This document shows, in pieces, positions 51,496 through 64,000 of a DNA stretch of 64,000 bases. The DNA is taken from NCBI GenBank assembly GCA_012026655.1, contig JAAILG010001260.1, positions 1-64,000 of the forward strand, given 5' to 3'. Below the pieces are notes generated by a model that made no database searches, was not told the origin of the DNA, and saw only the letters and a program-made list of their open reading frames with translations. The translations under genes were made by a program, and so were the position numbers. This stretch comes from Hydrolagus affinis (Eukaryota). Positions within the stretch are counted from its first letter, which is position 1; each line of letters begins with the position of its first letter.

Positions 51496-53009
51496 ACACA
51501 ATTACTGCAGACATCCAATGTAAGGGTTAATTTGAAATCCTCTGTATGTGTAGGGATCGATATTAATGCGTTTGGAACAGGATCATTGTCTGGCCTAGAT
51601 GACATTCATAACATCCATCCAAAGGAAGGGAATCAATCGGGGCTTCAGTTTATTCGAAGCCGGACATTCTTATTTCCGCGAGCTGTAGGAAGGCTTGTGA
51701 CTGGCCGGTTACATGGAGAGCAATAGTTGGGCTCCAATTCATCTCATTCCTCGTGCCGAGGATCATGCATATGGCTTCCACAATTGGAAACAATAGTATA
51801 TGGATTCAATGAGTCACTGTCTTCCTGGAAAAAAAACATTACCTTAGCAACCAGACCCACGTGACCGCCTAACAGGCCAATTTGTTAGTTGATACTGAGC
51901 CACAAAAATCACAACTGACGGGAACAGTTAGACATTCATAACCACAGAAATTCTATTAGGTCTTTGGAAACAATTTTTGTTTTTTTGCAAAATAAGGGGG
52001 ATTTGCATCGCTCCATGTCGTAAAAGGGGGGAGTGAATCCTTTTTATGATGCTACAAGGGAGGGGGAATGGGGTGGATGGGTGGTGGTGAGAAGTGGGAG
52101 GTGGGTGGGGTGGGGGAGAGACTTTATAAAGTGATGGAGTTACATCAGTGGCCAGAGTATCTTAAACATCATTGTGTGGGAGGGATGGTGTATTCAAGAC
52201 CGTGGTTTCTCGAATAGTCATCTGATAGCAAAGCTGTAGGATTCTATTTAGAGTTGAAGCTGTAACTAAATGTATTACTAAATGTTCCCCTTTGCTCCAG
52301 GTGCGAGATTTAAAGCTATTTCACCCTTTCTCGGGTTTCACTCGGGCTATTTATCAAACTACAATCAATAGGACGGGCAGGTGCCCTAGACTCGTGAACA
52401 GGTTTTTCCACCCAAAACAACCACTGAGAGGTGCTGTTGAACAACTCAGGGTTGAGTGAGACCTTTGTTTATTTATTTGATTTGTTTCAAAGGATTTTTT
52501 TTGACTCCCGCTAGTCACCTTCATCCAATCGGCTGCTGCTTTTCACCCACAAAATACACAGTCAATCTGCTTTACAATATTTGCTGGGAAATATTTGCTT
52601 TGAGATGTCTCTATACAACGCTGCTATCGGGAGCAATATCAAATGCAAGAATTATTGCTATTCACAAATAATTCCATACAGGGTTGGAATTAAATGAAGC
52701 GAAATTTATTTGCAGGAGCAGCCAATTGAATTTTTTTTGTGTAAAACTTGAAAAATCTCTGGGATACAGCAAGGCCTCCTGTAGATTAAACAATTGTTTG
52801 TCAAACGGAGATTCAATCCAAGTGATTTTTCAATTGCTAATGTTTCCTTGTTAAACCACTTCCTTCAACTCAGCAAGCTGCTTGCTGCCCTGCCTGTTGA
52901 TTGCACGATAGTCTAGTGTAATCTAAGAGGAGGTAGACTTGGGAGTCATAGGAATCATTTTAGAAATCATGTGCATCCCTGTCCTTCATCAGCATAAGAT
53001 TAAAACACA

Positions 53010-53276
53010 TACCAGGCAGGTCAGGGCGAAACCTTGGGCAAGTTTCCTTACTCCACACGCATGCCTAATAATAATCCGTCCAAAAAGAAACACAATAATA
53101 AAAATTGGTCATTTCAATCCACAACTGTTTGTGGGACACCGTTGTGCACAATTGGCTGCCGCATTTCGCCCACAAATATACAGTCAATTCACTTTACAGT
53201 ATATTCTTTAGACGTCGATAAGATGTGAAAAGCGCCATATCAAATGCAAGGATTGTTATTATTTTATTATTATTAT
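53010..53276 (+). mobile_element. tRNA-derived SINE, 5'-truncated
   Basis: Starts at CCAGGCAGGTCAGGGCG; small deletion in the tail stem. Confidence 0.9.
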
Positions 53277-54695
53277 ACCAGTAAACAGATTCATTCTAAG
53301 ACCCCAACACAGAATAGATTAAGGTGAAAGAGTATCTTGGAGGTGGATTGTGTAAGTGAACTAAATGACATTTACCTTGTACTTCTATTGAGGGTGTGTT
53401 GTTGTTGTCATTGCCTCACATTCACTGTTGCCTCAATTCATCAGATGGGATTTTTTTGGTGGGGGGAGTGGGAGAACCAAAGCCCTAACACATTGCTCTA
53501 TTCAGCCAACAGGTTCTCAAAATAAACATGCTTAATTAGTCTCTACACCTATTTTAATTGATCGCATTCCTCTGTTTCTTTACAAACCACTTTAAATTCC
53601 TCTTGTTATTTATCCAATCTGGGAAAATCAGCACCACCTTTTACACTCATGTCACTGGCCACATTCACTCGATTCCTCACAAGCTAATGATAGTTAATTT
53701 ATTGGCTAAGTTGACCAAATGAGGCAACTAGTTTTGACCACACCAACTGCTTGCTCTCAAAATACTTGGGCAAATTCTTAAGAGCTTTAGCCACAAATAA
53801 ATTGCTCAAACAATCGAGGGTTTTTTATTTTCTTGTTAAGATTCTCTCATCCTTAGCTCCCCATTTTCTCAAGCGTTTTGAGACACCAGAAGATTATTTT
53901 AAAACTAATTTAATTTAGGCAGTACATTGCGGTAACAATACCTATCACTTCTCCTTTAGGTCCAGGGATCTCACACAGCATTTACTGAGGGGCAGATGGT
54001 GATTTAAAATCCCACCTCGACTCACTAGCTTCAAATGTAAGGTGGATTAATTTCCACAGAATTGTGAAAAAAAACATTAAATTCATTCTTAATTTGGAAT
54101 CTTCCCCATTCTCCCAAGCAAAGAGTTTCAATCTCTGCTCTGTGTTAAAAGACAAAGCTGATAGTCAGAAGGCTCTTCCGTCTATAAGTTACACACACAC
54201 AGTCTTGTATCACATCACGATGATATATATTTGTTTAGTGACCTATTACACACCGGCACCTTGTTAAAATTCTTCAATATTAATGTAGCAGAAAACAATG
54301 TAAGGCTCAATTTCCACCCCAGCTGTACATTGTGCTGTGTTAAATTGCTTGTGTAAAGAGGAGGGGTGGGTGTAGAGAGATTATAAACTCTGTGCTATCA
54401 TCAAGATGCTATGCGAAAGTTACTGTCACCAACAACTGTCAAAAAAATCATCTCGAGATTCCCTATGGGTGTCAATAGGTCAGGAGCATTACTCAGATTG
54501 TTCACTGCAGAGAGAAACAAGACATGACAAAGCCTCGCTTTGTCTCCATAAATTCCCTGCAAAAGAATTTCACTGATGATTTGTCTCTTACAAATTGTTC
54601 TTCGTCTTATCGGCATAGCATTGCCTGTGTGATTGCGCTGAAATCAGTTAATCTATTGAATCACTCTCTATTTATCACCATTGAGCCAACAATGG

Positions 54696-54860
54696 AGAGC
54701 TCCTGTAGCTCAGTGGTGAGAGCACTCACCTTACAGGTGCAAGACCCGTGTTCGAATCCAGGCAGATCAGGGAGGAAACCCTGGGCAAGTGTCCTTACTC
54801 TATACACACGCCTAATAATAATCCATCCAAAAAAAATACAACAATAAAAATTGGCCACTT
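54696..54860 (+). mobile_element. tRNA-derived SINE, 5' half
   Basis: A-box and B-box head; a cluster of tail fragments follows at 55005-55310. Confidence 0.88.
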
Positions 54861-55391
54861 TGTCTATCATTCCAACCCATGTGAACACTCTTTTGACACT
54901 GTTTACTTCTGGAAAGGAGTTCCTACAAGTTTGATATTTAATAATGATCATGCTCGCATTTGATGCTTAGCGTCTGGAAAAGTCATTGAGGCATGATGTC
55001 TACCGAATACAAAGTCAATTCACTTTACAGTATATTCTGCGAAGGGCTTTGAGATGTTTGGAAGACGTGGTGAGGCACTAGATCACACGGAATTATTATT
55101 ATTTCACAAATTATTATTATTATTATTATTATTTCAAAGCGCTTCACAGAATATCGCTTGCAAAACAGCTGCACTAATCACTAAGCTATGGGACTCATTT
55201 GAAAAACGCAATTGCTTCAGAGCGCTTCAAAAAATATAATAATAATAATCCTTGCATTTGGTATAGTGCTTTTTGCGTCTTCTGGACATCTCAAAGCACT
55301 TCACAGAATATAATATAATCCCAATGCATTTCTTAAAATGTAAATAATTTTTTGGAGAAATCAACAGTGTGGCAGCAATTTTTTTTAAAAA

Positions 55392-55533
55392 AAGCTAAAG
55401 GGATTAAGGGATATGGGGATAAGGCGGGTAAATGGAATTAGGTTAGAAGATCAGCCATGATCTTATTGAATGGCGGGGCAGACTCGAGGGGCCGAATCAC
55501 CTCCTCCTGCTCCTATTTCATATGTTCTTATGT
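55392..55533 (+). mobile_element. CR1 3'UTR
   Basis: GGGATTAAGGGATATGGGG...GATCAGCCATGATCTTATTGAATGGCGGGGCAGACTCGAGGGGCCGAAT...ATGTTCTTATGTT; reverse of the 17184 family. Confidence 0.85.
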
Positions 55534-55954
55534 TAAATATAAAGTAATAACAGTACGATATAGTTCACGTTTTGAAATTTTTCACTGGCATTCAAAACGA
55601 AACAAGTCAGACATCATTGAACTAGATTTTCTGACTAATATGTATAGGAATTCAGCAAAAAAAAATGTTTTTACCAGTTCCACCCAGCTGATAACTTAAC
55701 TTACTTACTCACCACATTTAATGTTGATACTAAAAGGATCATATTGCCTGGGGCAGGATTTGGGATTTTCCTAACGCTTTACTAATACTTTTGACTAATT
55801 CGCTGCTTAAAGGCTTTGTATCGATTTCTGTATCTCCTCAAAATTAATAAACATCTATTAGCCGAAGTGATAAGTCACCTTGATATGGATGAGCACAATT
55901 TGCTTTTACATACCCAATGCTGTCCCTTTCGAACATAGAAATAGGTAGAGTTCT

Positions 55955-56090
55955 TTTAGGAAATAACATTATGGGATATAGCACATTGGGAGTTTCGGGA
56001 CATGTGTGCATGTAACCACCAGGAAGGTGGAAGGCAAACCAGATGAACCTTGGTCTTATTTCATCTAGCATTTCTTATGTCTTTATGTCC
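55955..56090 (+). mobile_element. CR1-type 3' end (second family)
   Basis: Homologous to 16555-16656. Confidence 0.65.
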
Positions 56091-56948
56091 CAGATGTTTT
56101 GCATCCAGGTCCTTCTTTTGATAACATCTGGTGTGTGTTCCTAATAGCTTCATCCTATAAAACCCAACCACCCGAGGAGTCCCAACTACCCTAGATATGA
56201 CAACAATCTCCCTTAATCCCAGAACACTGCCCTCCCCTCCTACATTATTGACCTTACTAATGAAACCCTCTCCACTCCCACTGCAAGGAAGCATCTGTAC
56301 ATTATTGAGGCAGATACATATGCCGTGTGATGGAGCTTTGTGACTCCAAAGCATATGAACACGGGGAGATATCAGAGGATAGGCCACATTTCAGTTCCGC
56401 CAGTCACCTCAATACTACTCTTTTTTTTTCTTTGGTAAAGTTAACCACTGCTCCCTGTCGGCATTCTCTTAATGAAGATACTTGGAAGTGAATTGGCCCC
56501 TCTTGTTAAAATGCACTTTAGGAATGAGCAGCACTTGATATTCTCTCTGAACAGGCTGACAGTCTGAATGGATCCATATGGGATTTAAACCCCTAACTTA
56601 AACCCGAAGGATGTGTTTAATATAGATGGCTGCAATTCAGCAGAGAGGATTTATAGCGTATGAATGTCCGTATACCGCTAATTGATGTCAATATCCTGCT
56701 CCTCGCTCTGTCTTGTCATTCCTAGTCAAAGCACAAAGCATCTCATTGGAATGAAACCATTTTATTTGAATTTGAAGCATACGGGCAGGGAATATTCATA
56801 CGCATTGTCCCACAAACAGCCATCAAGTGAACAGTGAACTCTATCAGGAGGAGGCAAAATACTGCAAAGACCGGAAATATAATAATAATCATTGCATTTG
56901 ATGTAGCGTTTTTCATGTCTTCTAGATGAATTGTGGGCGAAATCTGGT

Positions 56949-57109
56949 GTAAAAATAGAAGTCGTTGGGAGCACACAGCAGATCAGGCAACATCCGTGGA
57001 GAGAGGAAAATGAGTTAACGTTTCCGACAAAAGCTCATTGAACCTGAAACGTTAACTAATTTTCCTCTCTCCGTGGTTGATGAGTGTTCCCAGCGACTCC
57101 TGTGTTTAC
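56949..57109. mobile_element. Palindromic Penelope-type terminal repeat relic
   Basis: Inner arms 56998-57024/57046-57072 (26/27 complementary); outer arms 56949-56974/57084-57109 (21/26). Confidence 0.7.
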
Positions 57110-57414
57110 CTGGAGGATTGTCGGCTGGGACACCAAGAGTAAACACCTTTTTGTTTCTCTCGGAATAATGCCTCGAGACCTATTCCATTTACAACAACTA
57201 CAACAAAGTTACATTTGTAGAGTGCCCTTTCACATTGGGAGGACTTGCATTTGATGATTCACATGCGAATATAACGCAATTCTGCTGTGTTTTATGATAT
57301 AAACACCAACAACAGGTAAATGTCGAGATGTGAATTCGAAAACGCTGGTGATCAAAGTATCCAACGACATTTATGGCTGAAATTGTCATTTCTTTTTCAG
57401 GGTTTGGTTGCAAT

Positions 57415-57525
57415 CTTCGCCCACAAATACGCAGTCAATTCACTTTACAGTATATTCCGTGAAGCGCTTTGGAGACGTCGATAAGATGTGAAAAGGCGCC
57501 GTGTCAAAATACAAGGATTATTAAT
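57415..57525 (+). mobile_element. SINE 3' fragment
   Basis: TTCGCCCACAAAT through GATAA-loop tail. Confidence 0.82.
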
Positions 57526-60435
57526 CTTATGATGGCAAATTAAAAACCGAAGTGAGATTGAACTGTGCCCGACTTGGAGGCATTGTTCAACTGATGTATT
57601 GGTTTCCTTACCTGGCGAGTAGGATTGCCACACACTGAGGTGCTTTGTTCAACCCAATAAAAGGCCCGGAACACACCTGTTCTTACAATTCTAAACACTC
57701 TGCACGCACACCGGTCTTACTCAAAGCTCTTGCAAATTCTTATTTTCAAACTGTTATGCTCTGCTTTCCACTGTTACACCTGGAGTCCATTAAAAGTATT
57801 ACCCCAAGCGATATGTTGAACCGCCAGGGTTGGTTGGTTGGTGTTATTTGGGGGGGCAATTTTGGATGCCCCTCTATGGAAGAGTGTGAAGATCAGATTG
57901 ATCTGGGGCAGTGGAAGGGAGCCCTGGGTTGCCATACTCTGTCAGGGTATTCCACAAATTATTTTTTTAAAAAGACCTCAGGGCTGTGGTCAAAATTAAT
58001 ATGTTAACTGGTCTGAGAATGATCTCAAACTCCATTGACGAGTAGATTTACTCCAGTCCTACTTCTAATAATTCTAATGATTTTGGGTTATTCTGTTGTG
58101 TGTGGTTTGTTTAGGTGGTTTGTTTCTAATATACACACACATACAGAGTCCTCCAGTAAACTTTTATTAGCAGTGTGACCCAGACTCAAACCCTTTCTTT
58201 ATCTTTTTTTTTAAAAAGAGGTACTTGCATAAATATTTTATTGCATTCCCATCTTTTAAACTGCAAGAGGTTTGGGTCTGATATATCCTCGGAAAAGGGC
58301 GAAATGTTTTATAGCGGTCCTCTGCATTCCTTTTACTCACCAAGTTCACAGCTCCCAAGGGTAGACGTCTCAGTTTTAAGTTTCACATGTGGTCAAACTG
58401 TGATGGGGGTGGTTAACTAAGTACAGAAGTTTGCAATTAAACGTATTGAAGACTATCTGATCAAAACAACATATAAACCAGTATGTCAGAAGTCAACTGT
58501 GTTTTACATGCGAAGCTCCACATAAAATGTTCTGCGCACATGAGATGTACCGAGAACGAATGTACAAACGAGAATTCCTACCGAATTTAATTATTCAGAC
58601 CTAGCTTTGCTTTGCGAGCTGTAATGAACTGAAATAATGGCCACCTTTTAAGAACCGCAGGGTGATGGGAGCCACTCTTTAAACTATTTGGGTTTATTAC
58701 CAGCAATTTCATTTGCCCCTTGTCTCACAAAATACAAGGAAACGTCAATCCTCAACGTTTACAAGCGTGTCTGTAATCTGCTCTCAACTAATCCACGTGG
58801 CCCTCTTCAGTCATTTATTATCTACACATTACAAAGTGCCCATGTCCACTGCTATCGAAACTTTGTTACTCTGTTGATTGCCGCGGAAGGCAAAGAGGGA
58901 CTGCGAAAGAACAACTTATCTCTTGTGCAGTTGCAAAGATAATATTTCATAACATTGTCAATCTCCACCCTGAGTTACCATACTCGATTAGAGTGAATGC
59001 AGTAACATTTTATTCTGTTGGTTCATTAAACCTCGGAATCATTTCAGTCTGGCCTCAATATTGGACTTTTTCACCCGATTTCCTTGCGCCAAAAAGTACA
59101 GCTGTGACCTTGCCTGTACTGTATCTGCCAATAAGATTTCACAAAGTATCGCTTTTGTAGATACTGGATCAATGTAGAGATCAATAGTGTGAGCTGCGTT
59201 AAGGAAATTTTACTACAATTCAATATTAACGCATGGTTGTAAGCTTGTAATGCTCTTGAGTTTGTAAGCTTTCTAATGATCGGAGTGTAGAATAGATTAG
59301 CCGTGAATAGTAATGACATATGTACTTAACCAATATAGCTGTCAGGTACTTGCTCTTAAAAGGGTTTTGTGTGATGGACCCATTACCATCGGTGTCATCC
59401 AGACTTTTTTTTTGGTATTTTAAAAGCTCTGATATAATGCTACAGTATTGAAGTGTTGAAACCATGAATTATACTCTCTTAGGCTTTATAGCCTTCCCAT
59501 AATAAAAGGTATGAGAAATTCTAGAAATGATTAAAAAAAACTGTTCACCTCTTTTCACATCGAAAACTGCTTTGACCTTTAGGGTGCTGACAATAGTACT
59601 CTGACATCATGTAAAACAACCTTTAAATGCAAACCAGGTGCAGATAGTTTGCTGGCGTCTTGTGGCTGACATTCTGGCCACAGACGGGTGGACAGAAGTG
59701 CTGAGATACCAAGTGTGTGTGTGTGAGAGAGAGAGGGAGAGAGAAAGATAGTGCACACAGCTAACCAGAGCCCAAAGGCAGAGCTTGCCAAATCCATGTC
59801 AATCCAAAACGGTTCCACTTTGCCTGCCTGCTTACCAGCCATGTTAATGGATTTTCTGTTCCAAGGCTTCAAATTTATATCATCTCGTTTTGAAGGGAGC
59901 AAATCAGATTTAAAGGGCTGGCGAGGGGAGGTTGGGGGGGGTGGGGAGTGGATTGGATTTAGACTAAACATTTTTGCTGATCTCTTCGTTCTTCATCGGC
60001 GCTTGCTACGAGTGACATTCATGACATTCAACACAGGATCCCGTAATAAACAATTCACTGTAATGGATCCGTTCAATAACTCCATGCCTATATTTCCCTT
60101 CAAGCGATCAATACAAATGATGACAGGCACAGTACGGGGGTGAAATCTGCAGCGTTTCAGAACGCCAAGAAGGTATCACAATACACTGCTAATGTCAGAC
60201 CAGCAAAGTTTTATTGGAATCGAACTGAATAGAGGAGACACCGTTTATAACGCCTTTCGATGTAGTGCTGCCTCTGTTACGAGGCAGGTAGTTAATTAAT
60301 GGATCTCGGTAATTTGTGACATCAAATCCAGGGAATACTGTTAGCACTGCAGTGCGTTGCTCAAGGGCAGCTCTGACGTACCCCACTTAGAACGCGGGTT
60401 GACATTTTCAGGTTCCACAAAACACTGTTAGAGCA

Positions 60436-60753
60436 GGGGTCCACTGTTCTCAGTGGTTAGAGCACTCGCCTTACAAGCATGGGAGCTGTGTTCAAATCCA
60501 GGTAGATCAGGGCGAAACCTTGGGCAAGTTTCCTTACTCCACACACCTAATAATAAGCCCTCAAAAAGAAACAGTAATAAAATTGGTCATTTGAATCCAC
60601 GACTGTTTGTGGGGACGCTGCTGTGCGCAATTGGCGATGCGTTTCAACTGTATTGAAATATACAGTCAATTGACTTTACGGTATATTCTGTGAAGCACTT
60701 TGAGACGTCTAGAAGACATGAAAAGCGCTGTATCAAATGTAAGATTATTATTA
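60436..60753 (+). mobile_element. tRNA-derived SINE, full length
   Basis: Family match. Confidence 0.9.
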
Positions 60754-61789
60754 CTAATATATAGGCTACAACTAGCAGACCATTTGGAAACACTAAGCGA
60801 GGTAAACTCACCCCCGTGAGTCCTGACATCATGAGTTTCTTCCAACAATTGATTTAGATTTGGTGCCAGCTGAATGACAAGTTTAACTATGAAATAATTC
60901 ATGAGTTTGCGACTTTCATACAGGGTTTCTAAAAGCTCGGGATAAACAGCAATACTGGAAACGCCATTAAAAATAAATGCTGATGTTTATTGATGGAAAA
61001 CAAAATGAGCTGTTCATCAAATCATATCATACGAACATGTGATATTTTTTTCATAAAGTACACATGGATACCAAAAAAGCACAGGATCAAATCCAGTTAA
61101 GGATATATTAAACACACAAGGAACTTTACCCAGCCAATAATACACGCAAAGACAAAGAACACAGGACTATATAAAATGACATTCATTTTTTTTAAAAATG
61201 TGCTGGACATTAGTCCAATAACACAGACTTTTGTTAATAGACTCCAGTACTTCAGATTGTCATCGCGTTTTGCATACGGTTAGAAAATTCCGCACAACAT
61301 GACTGGGTCATCAAAACAACTGCCAAAACAGCTTTCAAAGTTAAAGCAGATTTCTACCAAATTTGGAAACTAAACCGACGGGGAAGAAGCCAAACTTACT
61401 TGTTTTCAAGGACTCCCGACTCCCTGTGTGAAGGGCGTTATATAAACGCACTCCAGTTTGCCCTAATTGTACATTGTTTGCGAGTACGTGTGGCCTGTGC
61501 TGTTGCGTAGACTGCACGTGGAATGATAAATAGGCAGGAAACGATCAACTGAATATGAGGTTAACACTTTAGGAGCTGCTGGGCACTATTTTCAGCGCCG
61601 GGTATAAATTTATAGTTTATTTACAGATCCTTGATGATTGATAGCTGTGTGCAAGTTCAAACCATTGTCAAATCCTCTGTGTTAAGTTTCTGTAGGTCAT
61701 CAACAGGTTTCAAATGCAACATTTCCAGGTAAATGTTAATCCCTGACAATGTGAAGATGCTAGAGGTAGTTAAGGTGAAAAAAAAACAG

Positions 61790-62040
61790 AAGAGTATACT
61801 GGCAAATGAAGTCCCAATGTCCCATCTCATCTCTCTTCCACCTTCCAGGCAGTCGCTTGACATGTCGTGTCCCAAATTATATACTGAGATATATATATAT
61901 ATATATATATATATTTTTTTTAGCAGAAATCTATCAAGTCTGTTCTTGAAACAATCAACACTTTCTGCTTGCATTGTCTCCTTTGGGAGCCTGTTCCCAT
62001 AAGTTTACCTCTCGCTCACTGAAATATTGTTTCCCACTGA
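61790..62040 (-). mobile_element. CR1-type LINE 3' end (second family) with internal (TA)n
   Basis: Minus translation NLWEQAPKGD / MQAESVDCFKNRLDRFL, then GCGACTGCCTGGAAGGTGGAAG 3'UTR; (TA)n at ~61890-61913. Confidence 0.75.
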
Positions 62041-63219
62041 TTTATTCAGAATACTGGCATTGGAAGACTTGGGATGAGTTCAGATAGGCAAACGACTTTC
62101 CGCATCCTAAGTTGCCTTGGATAATGACACACTGGCCCTGAGCACTAAGTCAAAGACGGGTAATGAAACCACAACCATGACATGCATTCAGCTAGTGTAT
62201 TAAGCTTTACAACACACACACGATAAAGTTAGAGAGTGTGGGTCGGACAAAAAAGTTTACCTGACAACGGTATTTTTTCTGGACAATTGTGTGTACAATA
62301 TTGAAATGAATGGTTCGAATATCCTTCCTTATATGTAGTTTCACAAGAGAAATAGCCGTAACATAATTCGGTTCCTTAAAATTGACTGTTCGGGACAAAT
62401 ATTTGGAGGTGGCGAGATTGGCAATCCAGTTGCACTTTAGAGTACAGTGCCATGAACAGATCTCACTGTGTGTACACCTTCAGCAAGCCAACAATTTCCA
62501 CTCTGAGCTCCGAGTGGCGGAGTAATCGGCCGATTAATAACGTTTCTATGAAACACCCTCATCTGGTTTCTGACTTTATTCAGTCCTTTTCTCAGTGGGA
62601 ACGCTCCCAATGTGGCAGAGTCCCAGACCGGCTGAACTCAACCACATTAAAAAGCACCTTGCATTTGGATTCTGGCACCATTCACACCATTCTCACATTC
62701 ACACCGACATTTTTAGTCCATTTGGTTGGTGCTTATTCCATTAACATTCTGTCTGCTGCCTCTCAAAGTAGAACTTATCAAGTTGTACATATTGGTTGCT
62801 TGCAGTTCACGACGCAATTTCAAAAGGGATATCGGATTAAGCGCTCGGTCACAATCACCGCAGTGATTTCATTTCGTAAACTGATGATTTCCTGAGAGGT
62901 TTTTGTTTCGGTGTCATTTAACCACGAACGGCTTCCCCCGTCAGTCGCCCGGAATCATCAGTGAGACGGTCTCTGTTCGCTCTGCACCCAGTTAAGAATG
63001 ATTACAGGCAAACTCAGCACACCAACGCAGGAGCCCAGGATAATCAAACCGAGAGCCTGGCAAAACAAGAACAGGCAACCGGTATGGAAAAACAAATGTG
63101 AGCAAAAGGAGATTTTTCATTGGAAATCTCACCCATTACAGTTTTGCCCTTGTTGCGTTTCACGATTTGTGGTTCAGTGTTACAAGTCCTTTTGGCGTTG
63201 AGGGTGTAGGCTGACACAA

Positions 63220-63433
63220 GTACGACATTTTGCATTTATATAGCGCCCTGCTACATTGATAACTGTGTCTCGCGGAATTAAAGAACGACAAGGTCAGACT
63301 CTGAGCCATGGAGAAGGGGAGGCGAGAGCGAGACCGCAAGCACGGTTCAAGACGCGGGTATTAAGGTAGGATTAAAAGACAGACCGACAGGGGAAGAGAT
63401 GGAGAGGCAGAGAGGGAGGTAAGACACCTCCAG
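63220..63433 (-). mobile_element. L2 3' end, degenerate
   Basis: Minus strand ends GGGCGCTATATAAATGCAAAATGTCGT, preceded by a pyrimidine-rich ORF2 end/UTR. Confidence 0.6.
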
Positions 63434-64000
63434 GTAGAAACATGTGTGTACTGTAGTCGGTTTATGTGAAACCACAGATGAAGAAGGTCCTTTAATCCAT
63501 TAGATCTTATCCTTCCAGAAATGCCCACATTCCTATCCTCCCATCACAGTAACAAGGCAATTCTGAAATCCGTTAGCTTTTTCTGAGTACCAAACTCATG
63601 GGAGTGTGACAGATTACAGAGGGAAAACGTTGAAGAAATAACACAAAGCCTTGATGGATATCTACACCAGGCTTGACAGTAAATCCTCTGGGTACTAAAG
63701 AGATGAACTTCTGCCACTGGGAGGCTCAAATACAAGAATTAATCATGTATTATTATAGGCATAGATTATACAGATTTATACCTGTAGGATGTGGGAAAGA
63801 GTTTAGTTTTCGTCTCTCTGTGTGGAAGGACAGGATGATCCAATGCTGAGGATTGAAAACTTTACACATGAGTTGTGTGCGTTCAGTTATTACCTGTGGG
63901 ACTTGAGGAGGGAGCAGGAATGAAAGCTGCAACTGGTAACATCTGGCGCTTTGTAGCACTCACATATGGCTATAAGGTGCACTCAAAAGATTGGAATTCA

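Noticed and set aside
3342-53228. Recurring ORFs such as MGKFPYST..., [15 protein letters not shown] and YTVNSLYSIFCEAL
   Set aside because: Chance translations of SINE copies, in inconsistent frames and on both strands
62452-62895. 147-aa ORF
   Set aside because: No recognisable family, motif or convincing splice structure
1-64000. CRISPR array, operon or intact autonomous transposon
   Set aside because: Repeats are dispersed retroposon copies rather than regularly spaced direct repeats, and no long RT, transposase or cas ORF exists

Overview
Eukaryotic, non-coding, repeat-rich window with no credible protein-coding gene. The longest ORF is 183 aa, and the recurring ORF motifs are translations of repeats. 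The repeat set suggests a cartilaginous fish, most likely a chimaera such as Callorhinchus milii; this is inferred from my recall of repeat consensus sequences, not from a search. The dominant element is a ~320-bp tRNA-derived SINE (about 20 long copies plus many orphan 3' tails) with a Deu-domain-like core, an L2-type 3' stem-loop and an (ATT)n tail. Older layers are SacSINE1/DeuSINE-like copies, LF-SINE-like fragments, 3' ends of CR1 and L2 LINEs, and two Penelope-type terminal relics, one forming a hairpin around a decayed hammerhead-like core. Repeat-free AT-rich blocks with homeodomain and nuclear-receptor motifs look like enhancers in a large intron or gene desert, but this is unverified. 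A 100-N assembly gap lies at 48065-48164. I found no demonstrably new biological system; the best leads are the hairpin/hammerhead relic, the SINE subfamily structure, a local SINE foldback and the candidate enhancers.
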